A stretch of 64,000 nt of DNA from a virus (Duplodnaviria; Caudoviricetes), in IMG/VR virus record IMGVR_UViG_3300028048_000068, positions 1 to 64,000 of that record; one strand, given 5' to 3'. How positions within the stretch are numbered: position 1 is the first letter of the stretch; the number at the start of each line of letters is the position of its first letter. Positions 9,737 to 17,146 of this stretch are shown here, piece after piece. The notes below the pieces were generated by a model. That model was not told the origin of the DNA. It ran no database searches and saw nothing but the letters and a program-made list of their open reading frames with translations. The position numbers were made by a program, and so were the translations under genes.

Positions 9737-9910
9737 ATGACGCCTATTAAGATTGGGTTTTGGGTTTGTATTATTTTTTGGTTTATTAACTGGATAATGG
9801 AAAAGATAGTGCATAATGATGAAGTAGAGTCTAGATTTTATTTAGCTATGGAATTTATATGTTTGGGTTTTATGTGGATATTTATTGGTTTTAATCATGG
9901 TTGGTGGTAA
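9737..9910 (+). CDS. small membrane protein
   Basis: AAGGAG RBS before MTPIKIG; two hydrophobic segments. Confidence 0.7.
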   Translation: MTPIKIGFWVCIIFWFINWIMEKIVHNDEVESRFYLAMEFICLGFMWIFIGFNHGWW

Positions 9911-10153
9911 ATGAAATTGTTTTATAGACCGAAACATATGAAAAAGAAATACAATTTACCATTTGATAAGTTTCATGCAGTAATGAATTTTATAATTGAG
10001 GAAACTGTGTGGTATATCACGTGGTGGTTTGAATTGATTGGAAAGTTTTTTCAGAAGTTATATCAATTTGGAGAGTGGATTTTGGAATCTACAGCTAAGC
10101 TAATTGATTTAAATGACCGATTCTGGGATTGGTTTGAAGACCAGTTTAAATAG
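9911..10153 (+). CDS. hypothetical Trp/Phe-rich protein
   Basis: ORF track; abuts upstream stop. Confidence 0.65.
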   Translation: MKLFYRPKHMKKKYNLPFDKFHAVMNFIIEETVWYITWWFELIGKFFQKLYQFGEWILESTAKLIDLNDRFWDWFEDQFK

Positions 10154-10239
10154 GGAGCATTGACGTAATGGTATCGTAGCGGATTGCTAATCCGTCCAAC
10201 CGCAGGGTTGTACAAGTTCGAATCTTGTATGCTCCGCCA
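10154..10239 (+). tRNA. tRNA-Ser(GCT)
   Basis: cloverleaf with long variable arm, G73, CCA. Confidence 0.95.
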
Positions 10240-10355
10240 TTTAAAAATTTGAAAAATTATGAAAATTTTTCTATAATATATATAGAAAGTTGAAGAGAGG
10301 ATATTAAAAAATTCTACTTAGTAATACAAGCAAATATATAAAAAGGAGAAAATTA

Positions 10356-10478
10356 ATGTTTAAGTCGTTTGCATGGAATCTTAATAGAGAACAAGAGGTT
10401 ATCGTAGATAGCCTGGTTTCATGCGCCCCTATTACAGGAAAATTTTATGGTAGGGATAAAAGGGTAATACCGATTTAG
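10356..10478 (+). CDS. 40-aa putative leader (attenuator) peptide MFKSFAWNLNREQEVIVDSLVSCAPITGKFYGRDKRVIPI
   Basis: AAAGGAG RBS, downstream of promoter 10248-10278; its 3' end carries a copy of the terminator 3' arm. Confidence 0.7.
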   Translation: MFKSFAWNLNREQEVIVDSLVSCAPITGKFYGRDKRVIPI

Positions 10479-10504
10479 CATTATTTTCTATAAGTGTAAT
10501 GTAT

Positions 10505-10544
10505 AAGCGGTATTACTCAAAGTGGGTAATACCGCTTTTATATT
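10505..10544 (+). terminator. intrinsic terminator with an alternative (antiterminator) pairing to 10462-10472
   Basis: AAGCGGTATTACTC-aaagt-GGGTAATACCGCTT followed by TTATATT, immediately before tRNA-Glu. Confidence 0.75.
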
Positions 10545-10548
10545 ATAT

Positions 10549-10627
10549 GGTGCGTTGGAGAAGTGGTTTAACTCCCTGCCCTTTCACGGCAGTATTTTCA
10601 TCGGTTCGAATCCGATACGCATCACCA
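10549..10627 (+). tRNA. tRNA-Glu(TTC)
   Basis: cloverleaf, loop CTTTCAC, CCA. Confidence 0.95.
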
Positions 10628-10632
10628 GATAT

Positions 10633-10707
10633 GGTCTATTCGTATAACGGTTATTATATTCGGTTGTCAGCCGAGGGACAAGGGTTCAACTCCCTTATAG
10701 ACCGCCA
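10633..10707 (+). tRNA. tRNA-Asp(GTC)
   Basis: cloverleaf, loop TTGTCAG, GCCA. Confidence 0.93.
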
Positions 10708-10714
10708 TTTATAT

Positions 10715-10793
10715 GCGCCGATAGTCCAACTGGCAGGAGACGTTTGGTTTAGGCCCAAAACAGTGAAGAGTTCGAATCTCTCTCGGCGCACCA
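10715..10793 (+). tRNA. tRNA-Leu(TAG), short variable loop
   Basis: TTTGG-TTTAGGC-CCAAA arm, A73, CCA. Confidence 0.9.
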
Positions 10794-10798
10794 TTTAT

Positions 10799-10876
10799 CT
10801 CCGTGTAGCGCAGTTTGCTTAGCGCGCCCCGTTTGGGCCGGGAAGGTCGTAGGTTGAAATCCTACCACGGAGACCA
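10799..10876 (+). tRNA. tRNA-Pro(TGG)
   Basis: cloverleaf, C1:G72, CCA. Confidence 0.93.
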
Positions 10877-10879
10877 TAT

Positions 10880-10954
10880 GTCGCATTCGTATATCAACTA
10901 ATATATCAGCTTGCCATGCTGAAGAAACCGGGGTAGCACCGGTATGCGGCTCCA
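10880..10954 (+). tRNA. tRNA-Gly(GCC), non-canonical D/T loops
   Basis: TCAGC-TTGCCAT-GCTGA arm, U73, CCA; T-loop GGTAGCA. Confidence 0.85.
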
Positions 10955-11037
10955 TTATTAATTTACCAAGGGTTTAAAAAAATATACTTGCTCCAAAAAT
11001 TTCTCACTTAATAGTAGAAGGGAAATAGGAGGATAAA

Positions 11038-11793
11038 ATGATAGGTATTTATAAGTTTGTAAATAAAATAAATGGTAAAATTTATATAGGTCAATCTAAT
11101 GATATACAACGTAGAATAAAAGACCATTATTACAAAGCACACAATCCGACTGGAGGTAATTATCATTCACCTTTACACTTAGCCATTCGAAAATATGGGT
11201 GGGACAATTTTCAGATAGAAGTATTAGAAGAATGTAATATAGAAGAATTAGATGAGAAAGAGATATATTATATTCAATTATATAATTCTATTACGCCTAA
11301 TGGTTATAATATTATGGCCGGTGGACAGCAATTTAGAAAAGATACTTCAGATTCTAATAAAAAAAGATGTAGTCAATGTGGTAAAATTATAGATAGAAAA
11401 GCTCATACTGGTTTATGTCTTGATTGCTACAGACAATTTTTGAGAAAAGATATTCCAACAAAAGAAGAATTAAAACAACTATTAATAGATAATAATGGCA
11501 ATTTTACTAAAGTAGGTAATATGTTTAATGTTAGTTCTTCTTCAATAGTGAGATGGTGTAAAAGTTATAATTTACCATATTATAGTGAAGATTATAAAAC
11601 CAAAAAAGAAAAACAAGCATATAAACGCCCAGTAAATCAAATTGATAAAAACACCAATGAAATTATTGCCACCTATGAATCTTCTATGGATGCCGCGAGG
11701 GCATTGGGGAAGAAAAAAGGTAGTCATATAACTGAAGTATGTAAGGGAATACATAAGACAGCATATGGTTACAAGTGGCAATATGCTGAATGA
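11038..11793 (+). CDS. GIY-YIG homing endonuclease (Zn finger, HTH, NUMOD1)
   Basis: GIYKFVNKINGKIYIGQS; CSQC..CLDC; C-terminal TAYGYKWQY. Confidence 0.9.
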   Translation: MIGIYKFVNKINGKIYIGQSNDIQRRIKDHYYKAHNPTGGNYHSPLHLAIRKYGWDNFQIEVLEECNIEELDEKEIYYIQLYNSITPNGYNIMAGGQQFRKDTSDSNKKRCSQCGKIIDRKAHTGLCLDCYRQFLRKDIPTKEELKQLLIDNNGNFTKVGNMFNVSSSSIVRWCKSYNLPYYSEDYKTKKEKQAYKRPVNQIDKNTNEIIATYESSMDAARALGKKKGSHITEVCKGIHKTAYGYKWQYAE

Positions 11794-11874
11794 GTGCCAG
11801 TCGCCTAGAGGTCGATGGCGCCTGCCTTCCAAGCAGGTATATCATCGTGAGTTCGAATCTCACCTGGCACTCCA
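11794..11874 (+). tRNA. tRNA-Gly(TCC)
   Basis: CCTGC-CTTCCAA-GCAGG, U73, CCA. Confidence 0.93.
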
Positions 11875-11878
11875 ATAA

Positions 11879-11967
11879 GGAGGGTTGGCCGAGTGGTCGA
11901 AGGCGCTAGTCCTGAAAACTAGAAGGCGTAACAGCCTCGCGGGTTCAAATCCACGCACCCTCCTCCA
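11879..11967 (+). tRNA. tRNA-Ser(TGA)
   Basis: long variable arm; loop CCTGAAA (C33); CCA. Confidence 0.88.
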
Positions 11968-11968
11968 T

Positions 11969-12042
11969 ACTCCTATAATTCAATGGTAGAATAGGCGACT
12001 TTTAATCGTCTTATCCCAGTTCAACTCTGGGTGGGAGTACCA
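11969..12042 (+). tRNA. tRNA-Lys(TTT), second divergent copy
   Basis: GGCGA-CTTTTAA-TCGTC, CCA. Confidence 0.9.
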
Positions 12043-12045
12043 TAT

Positions 12046-12121
12046 ACCCCATTAGCTTAATGGATAGAGTACCAGCCTACGAAGCTGCGGGATAAGCGTT
12101 CGACTCGCTTATGGGGTACCA
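12046..12121 (+). tRNA. tRNA-Arg(ACG)
   Basis: loop CTACGAA, CCA. Confidence 0.92.
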
Positions 12122-12265
12122 CTTGGTAGTTTTATGGGAAGTTTGTCTACCAGTTGTTATCAAATCACCCTACGCCACGGTTAATGGTTCAAATTCTGCC
12201 GGCAAACAAACAATAGAAGTCTCGCAAGGTGAAAGCGTTCCAATAAGGTGTTCGGCGTATTTTAT

Positions 12266-12342
12266 AGGACACTAGTCCAATTGGCAGAGACAAACGGCTC
12301 AAACCCGTTGTGTTGTCGGTTCGAATCCGACGTGTCCTACCA
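12266..12342 (+). tRNA. tRNA-Leu(CAA), short variable loop
   Basis: AACGG-CTCAAAC-CCGTT, A73, CCA. Confidence 0.9.
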
Positions 12343-12346
12343 TTGT

Positions 12347-12423
12347 GCAGCCTTAGTTCATTCAGTTAGAACGCCGTTCTGATAAAGCGGAGGTGCGTGG
12401 AGCATAGCCACGAGGCTGTACCA
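12347..12423 (+). tRNA. tRNA-Ile(GAT)
   Basis: loop CTGATAA; T-loop AGCATAG; CCA. Confidence 0.9.
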
Positions 12424-12426
12424 TAT

Positions 12427-12502
12427 ACACGATTAGTTCAGTTAGGAGAACGCTAGTCTTACAAACTAGAGGTCACAGGGGCAGAGCCTGTATCGTGTAC
12501 CA
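12427..12502 (+). tRNA. tRNA-Val(TAC)
   Basis: loop CTTACAA; T-loop GGCAGAG; CCA. Confidence 0.9.
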
Positions 12503-12507
12503 TTTGT

Positions 12508-12584
12508 GGGGTCATAGCTCAGTTTGGGAGAGCGCCTGCCTTGCACGCAGGAGGTCGCGGGTTCGATGCCTGTTGGCTCCACCA
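12508..12584 (+). tRNA. tRNA-Ala(TGC)
   Basis: G3:U70, TGC anticodon, CCA. Confidence 0.95.
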
Positions 12585-12587
12585 TAT

Positions 12588-12661
12588 AGCCGTTTCGTCT
12601 AATAGTAGGACAACTGACTCTGACTCAGTAAATATTCGTGCAATTCGGATAACGGCCGCCA
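12588..12661 (+). tRNA. tRNA-Gln(CTG)
   Basis: ACTGA-CTCTGAC-TCAGT, G73, CCA. Confidence 0.88.
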
Positions 12662-12662
12662 T

Positions 12663-12737
12663 GTCCTGTTAGTTCAACGGATAGAACAATGGTCTTCTAA
12701 ACCATTAATCACAGTTCGATTCTGCGGCGGGATACCA
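12663..12737 (+). tRNA. tRNA-Arg(TCT)
   Basis: loop CTTCTAA, CCA. Confidence 0.92.
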
Positions 12738-12742
12738 ATTAT

Positions 12743-12827
12743 CGCAGCGTATACCATTAAAGAGGTGGGGAGGACTGTAAATCCTTCGTCTTAGACTCGC
12801 CTGGAGCGTTACCAGGAGCTGCGACCA
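12743..12827 (+). tRNA. tRNA-Tyr(GTA), C1:G72
   Basis: loop CTGTAAA, long variable arm, A73, CCA; T-loop AGCGTTA. Confidence 0.88.
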
Positions 12828-12830
12828 TAT

Positions 12831-12906
12831 GCCTAGATAGCTCAGCAGGTAGAGCGCTCGGCTGAAGACCGAGTGGCCGTTAGTTCAATTCTAACTCTAG
12901 GCACCA
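12831..12906 (+). tRNA. tRNA-Phe(GAA)
   Basis: cloverleaf, CCA. Confidence 0.95.
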
Positions 12907-12909
12907 TAT

Positions 12910-12985
12910 GGACCAATAGCACAATGGTTGGTGCAACCGGCTCATAACCGGTAGGTTCAAGGTTCAAATCCTTGTTGGTCCACCA
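12910..12985 (+). tRNA. tRNA(CAT), probably Ile2 (lysidine type)
   Basis: GGACC acceptor and CGG-CTCATAA-CCG arm resemble Firmicute tRNA-Ile2. Confidence 0.85.
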
Positions 12986-12989
12986 TTGC

Positions 12990-13065
12990 GCGGCTATGGT
13001 GTAACTGGAAGCATTCGGGCCTCCAAAGCCTTGAGACCTATGTTCAATTCGTAGTGGCCGCGCCA
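12990..13065 (+). tRNA. tRNA-Trp(CCA)
   Basis: loop CTCCAAA, G73, CCA. Confidence 0.9.
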
Positions 13066-13068
13066 TAT

Positions 13069-13145
13069 GGACGTGTACCCAAGTGGCTCAAGGGGACAGG
13101 TTGCAACCCTGTTATTCACTGGTTCGAATCCAGTCGCGTTCTCCA
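13069..13145 (+). tRNA. tRNA-Cys(GCA)
   Basis: loop TTGCAAC, U73, CCA. Confidence 0.93.
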
Positions 13146-13220
13146 GTAGAAGTTAGTTTAGTGGTAAAACCCCAGATTGTGGCTCTGGTGTCACGAGTTC
13201 GATTCTCGTACTTCTCCCCA
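13146..13220 (+). tRNA. tRNA-His(GTG)
   Basis: G-1/C73, loop TTGTGGC, CCA; abuts tRNA-Cys with no spacer. Confidence 0.92.
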
Positions 13221-13285
13221 GATAATTTGAAATTTTCCGAAAATTCTTATATAATTATAATATAAGATAAAGAAAGGAAATTATT

Positions 13286-13561
13286 ATGAAGAATGAACTT
13301 GTTTTTAAAAACCATGAAAATGGTTATAAGGTAGCAAAGATATTACTTGATGAGGGTAATGTGGTTATGTTGTCTTATGAAGAGCAATTTCTTATCGTTA
13401 ATTGGGAATATGGTGAAGATGGATACGCAGATAGAAATTGTGTCATCTTTATGCAGAAAGAGGAATATGAGGAACTTGAAGATAGACTATGTGATGCTAT
13501 TTTCACAGACCTTAGAAATGATATTAAGAGAGGCCGAATTAAAGACCTCTCTGATATATAA
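13286..13561 (+). CDS. hypothetical protein
   Basis: ORF track; own promoter and RBS. Confidence 0.8.
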   Translation: MKNELVFKNHENGYKVAKILLDEGNVVMLSYEEQFLIVNWEYGEDGYADRNCVIFMQKEEYEELEDRLCDAIFTDLRNDIKRGRIKDLSDI

Positions 13562-13826
13562 ATTCCTTCAATAGACCGCGATTGAGCGGGGTGAGGAAGG
13601 TTGACGCTTTGCTGGTGATGAGGCGATTTATCAACGAAGAGAAATCGGTTAACCATCGTAGTAGCAGGGACTCTTAATGCAAGTGGGTCTGCCCACCCTG
13701 TGAGGTTCGCAACCTTTGATAGCGCGGCCGCTGAGTACGTATAGGCGGCTGGATTGAATACGTCCATGGGCGATTGACCGACGAGGTCACAAATGAGCCA
13801 GGCGGAGGCTTTGTATCCGCCTTTTA
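13562..13826 (+). ncRNA. candidate structured ncRNA
   Basis: GC-rich ORF-free run of hairpins ending in GGCGGA-N-TCCGCC-TTTT. Confidence 0.35.
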
Positions 13827-13829
13827 TAT

Positions 13830-13906
13830 GGCCCATTAGTCCAACTGGTAGAGACAACCGATTTAAGCTCGGTACAGTTTCCGTTCGAATCGGAAATGGG
13901 CTACCA
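13830..13906 (+). tRNA. tRNA-Leu(TAA), short variable loop
   Basis: ACCGA-TTTAAGC-TCGGT, A73, CCA. Confidence 0.9.
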
Positions 13907-14158
13907 TAACTTATTTACAAAAACGGTTGAACCTACCTCTCCAAGAGGTAGGCGGCCGCAGAGTAAGTAAGACATAGAATTTGAAAAATTTATAAATTCT
14001 TGCTATAATATATATGTAAGGTAAGAAGAGAGAATAAAAGAGTGGTAAATACGTCATCTCTCATAGCGAATCACCACCACCTTACATTTCTATAGCTCAA
14101 CTACCATGTTGTAGAAGGAGTGTCTTTAGACGTCCTGCCTGTGTAGGGCGTTTTCTGT

Positions 14159-14306
14159 CAACGAATATAGTGTAATAGGATAGCACGCCGCCCTCATCGG
14201 TTAGTTCTTCCGAGAAGCAGGTACGCGACTGTAGTTATGGCTTGCATGCGAGTCATATAACTAACCATCGAGCGCGGAAGATGGGGTTCGAATCCCCACT
14301 CGTTGA
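14159..14306 (+). ncRNA. tRNA-like RNA with ~70-nt insertion in the anticodon arm
   Basis: acceptor CAACGA/TCGTTG, D-arm GTGT/GCAC, T-arm TGGGG-TTCGAAT-CCCCA; no encoded CCA. Confidence 0.6.
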
Positions 14307-14450
14307 AACAGACAGAGGTTTGTACGCTTTAACTGTCTTTAACTTAAATAAAAACCTGCACCCGCCACAGGGGCCGTATTTCAACCTACCAAGGTAGCGC
14401 CTGGCATGATGTATTGAAAGAAATGTGGTACAGAACATACTGTATAAAAG

Positions 14451-14926
14451 AAGCGTGCTTTGCGGATTCGTTGGCGTTAAATGAATTCGTCGTTCTGCGG
14501 CGGCACCGCAGACCGATCTATGGCGGTTCCATAGGGAGTACTGCTACTCAGTTCTTAGCGGCGGAGGCGCGACCGTTTGTTAAACCATCGCATGGGAGAA
14601 GGCGTGATAGCTAAGAAACTCCATCTGCGCGGATGTCCTACCGCGCCGTGAGCCGAACGAGGTGAAATTAAATTGGTACACCGCACAACACGCGGTATAT
14701 AAATTTGAGCGTCTACTACAGTTTAAGGTGTCTGGGCTGTAGACCACGTTAGAAAAAACTAATACACGACACATTGGCTTTCGGATATTCTCCAGTGGTT
14801 AGTCAGACCACAGAAAGCTTTGACTTCAAGAAAATCAGAAAACGGTGAGAGTCCGTGAGGAGTCCGTTGGCGTAGACGCAGCGTATCCTAGGTAGACAGT
14901 CTACTGCTTGGAAGTGGCACGCTTAA
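14451..14926 (+). ncRNA. candidate large structured ncRNA (~475 nt)
   Basis: closed by AAGCGTGC/GCACGCTT; many internal hairpins; no credible ORF; sits just before tRNA-fMet. Confidence 0.5.
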
Positions 14927-14941
14927 ACTTTCACGCGTTAT

Positions 14942-15017
<76 letters not shown>

Positions 15018-15109
15018 TTTTCGAACTTTTAACTTTTGGTTTCAGAAAAATATATTCTTCTTATTAAAAGTTCACTTTATAATAGAAGAAATAATAAGGA
15101 GATTATGGT

Positions 15110-15646
15110 ATGAGTAAAGCAAAAGATGTAGTAAATTTTAGAATAAGGGTTAAAACGGCTTTAGTAGAGTCTTTTGGCAACAAATGTCAGTTATGTGGTA
15201 AAGAATATCCTCAATCGGTATTTGAATTTCATCACTTAAATCCAGCAGAGAAAAGTTTTGCATTGGGTTGTGGTTCAACTACTCGCGCGAAAGCGGCATA
15301 TGCTGATGAAGCAAAAAAGTGTGTTATGCTTTGTGCGAATTGTCATAGAATGGTAGAACATGAAGATGTAGATGGCTCTAATTTAAAATGTGATTTTAAT
15401 GAAGAGATTTATTACCAAACATTAGATAAATTAACTCAAAAGCATACCCAAGAACTTAAAGAACAACAAAAAGAAATTCGTTTTAAGCCAGATAAGGAGC
15501 AATTATTGCAAGATTTAACTGAATTGAATGGTAATTTTACTGCAGTGGGTCGTAAATATGGATATTCGGCTAATGCTGTAGTAAAATGGTGTAAGAAATT
15601 TGAAATGCCTTATCATTCTTCGGATTATAAGAATAAGCTTAGGTAG
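15110..15646 (+). CDS. HNH homing endonuclease with C-terminal HTH
   Basis: CQLCG...FHHLNP...LCANCH. Confidence 0.85.
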   Translation: MSKAKDVVNFRIRVKTALVESFGNKCQLCGKEYPQSVFEFHHLNPAEKSFALGCGSTTRAKAAYADEAKKCVMLCANCHRMVEHEDVDGSNLKCDFNEEIYYQTLDKLTQKHTQELKEQQKEIRFKPDKEQLLQDLTELNGNFTAVGRKYGYSANAVVKWCKKFEMPYHSSDYKNKLR

Positions 15647-15712
15647 CCTAGTGGATGAGGCAGCGCACTGTTAATGCGCCTTAGGTGTGTTCGATTCACA
15701 CCCTAAGCGCCA
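15637..15712 (+). tRNA. tRNA-Asn(GTT); overlaps the HNH stop codon
   Basis: GCGCA-CTGTTAA-TGCGC, G73, CCA. Confidence 0.92.
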
Positions 15713-15923
15713 TAGGTCTAATCATACCTTTAAACGATAGAGCGTTAACACGGATTTTTCGGTTCAACTACCACCGGCGCGCTTCTGCGTGATATGTGGC
15801 TTTAGGGGAGAACGCTATATAAGGAAGCCAAGTAAACCGATTTAAGTTAAGTAACCGTTGAAAAGTAAGGAACCGCTTTAATATACGAAACAGATTTTGT
15901 CTGCTCTGCTTAACTTGATTTAT

Positions 15924-16002
15924 TGGCGCGTGGAGAAGGGGCTTAACTCTCGACGCTTTGACCGTCGCATTTTCGCAGGTTCGAATCCTGCCGCGCCAGC
16001 CA
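15924..16002 (+). tRNA. tRNA-Gln(TTG)
   Basis: CGACG-CTTTGAC-CGTCG, U1:A72, GCCA. Confidence 0.93.
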
Positions 16003-16074
16003 TTTTCGAACTTAAAAGGCACGACAGGAATGCGTGTTGATTATTTAATATATTATAAGAGGAGTCGTTTAATT

Positions 16075-16716
16075 ATGGCATACATTTATAAAATTATTAA
16101 TGATATTAATGGGAAGCTATATGTGGGAAAAACTGTTAATAGTTTACAAGAACGATGGAAAGAGCATTTAAGTGAAAGCGAAAGAGAAAGAGCTAAAAAT
16201 CGTCTATTATATCGTGCTATGCGTAAATATGGTATAGAACATTTTCATATTGAGCTAATTGAAGAATGTTCCGATACAATAGTTAATGATAGAGAAGTAT
16301 ATTGGATAGAATATTATGGCACTTTTAAAAATGGATACAATGCTACTATAGGTGGCGATGGCAAACATTATATAGATTATGATATGGTAGAATATAATTA
16401 TAACATATATCAAAATATGACAGAAGTTGCTCATCAAATGAATATTTCTACTGATGCCGTAGCCTATATTTTAAAACAAAGACATATACCTATTAAAACC
16501 ACTCAAGATATTAGCCGTGAAAAGTTTGGTAAACCTGTGTCTTGTATAGATAAAACAACCAAAGAAGTTATAAAAACTTTTCCTTCGATTGCAGAAGCTT
16601 CCAAGTGGTTAATTAGTAATAATTTAACGGGTTGTAAATTTACCACTATTAGAACTCATATTTCAGAGGTAATGCGTGGTAAACGAAAATCTGCTGCGGG
16701 CTTCATTTGGAAGTAA
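16075..16716 (+). CDS. GIY-YIG homing endonuclease with NUMOD1
   Basis: YIYKIINDINGKLYVGKT; GYNATIGGDG; KSAAGFIWK; AGGAG RBS before 16075. Confidence 0.9.
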   Translation: MAYIYKIINDINGKLYVGKTVNSLQERWKEHLSESERERAKNRLLYRAMRKYGIEHFHIELIEECSDTIVNDREVYWIEYYGTFKNGYNATIGGDGKHYIDYDMVEYNYNIYQNMTEVAHQMNISTDAVAYILKQRHIPIKTTQDISREKFGKPVSCIDKTTKEVIKTFPSIAEASKWLISNNLTGCKFTTIRTHISEVMRGKRKSAAGFIWK

Positions 16717-16725
16717 CCGCTTTAA

Positions 16726-16800
16726 GCCGAATTAGTTTAATTAGTAAAACGGGTGACTTGTAATCATCGGTCCTCCGAGCATAACGGGGATTCGGCTCCA
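16726..16800 (+). tRNA. tRNA-Thr(TGT)
   Basis: loop CTTGTAA; T-loop AGCATAA; CCA. Confidence 0.88.
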
Positions 16801-17146
16801 TTTCTATGATACGTTCATAGTACACCTCCTTTCATTTGGCGTTCGTTAGTAAAGCGGCGCCATTATGGGACTGGTAGTTAGGGTAGGTGCAACTCCTACG
16901 AGTCCCGTTTTCCTATGTAGGGTAGGATTTAAGTTAATAGTCTAATAAGTATAAAGCCGTCATAGTCCATAGGGCATTGAGACGGCTTTAACTTTAACTT
17001 TATCTCATTTTTTTAAAGTGTTTTATATTATTTACGACTTAAATATAGTAATAAAATAATTCGAGTTATCTCGCTAATAGAGATGGCTTTTATATATATC
17101 TCTTGGGCGGTCGTTTTGTACTGCCCTTTTTTCTTATGGAGGAAAT

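Noticed and set aside
12170-12260. c-di-GMP-I riboswitch (GGCAAAC...GAAAG)
   Set aside because: The rest of the consensus is not evident and no downstream coding gene follows; kept only as an unassigned structured spacer.
10499-14774. ORF-track entries over the tRNA region (10499, 10749, 11684, 12842, 13083, 13375, 14253, 14414, 14580)
   Set aside because: Shadow ORFs across tRNA or structured-RNA sequence.
14320-14940. tmRNA or RNase P RNA
   Set aside because: No tmRNA acceptor/T-arm-CCA end and no canonical RNase P GAGGAAAGTC motif (only GAGGAGTCC in the 3' part).
15958-16074. Upstream extensions of ORF-track starts (15958, also 3543, 18893, 20207, 52946)
   Set aside because: They overlap tRNAs, promoters or upstream genes; internal ATGs with better RBS or coupling were used instead.
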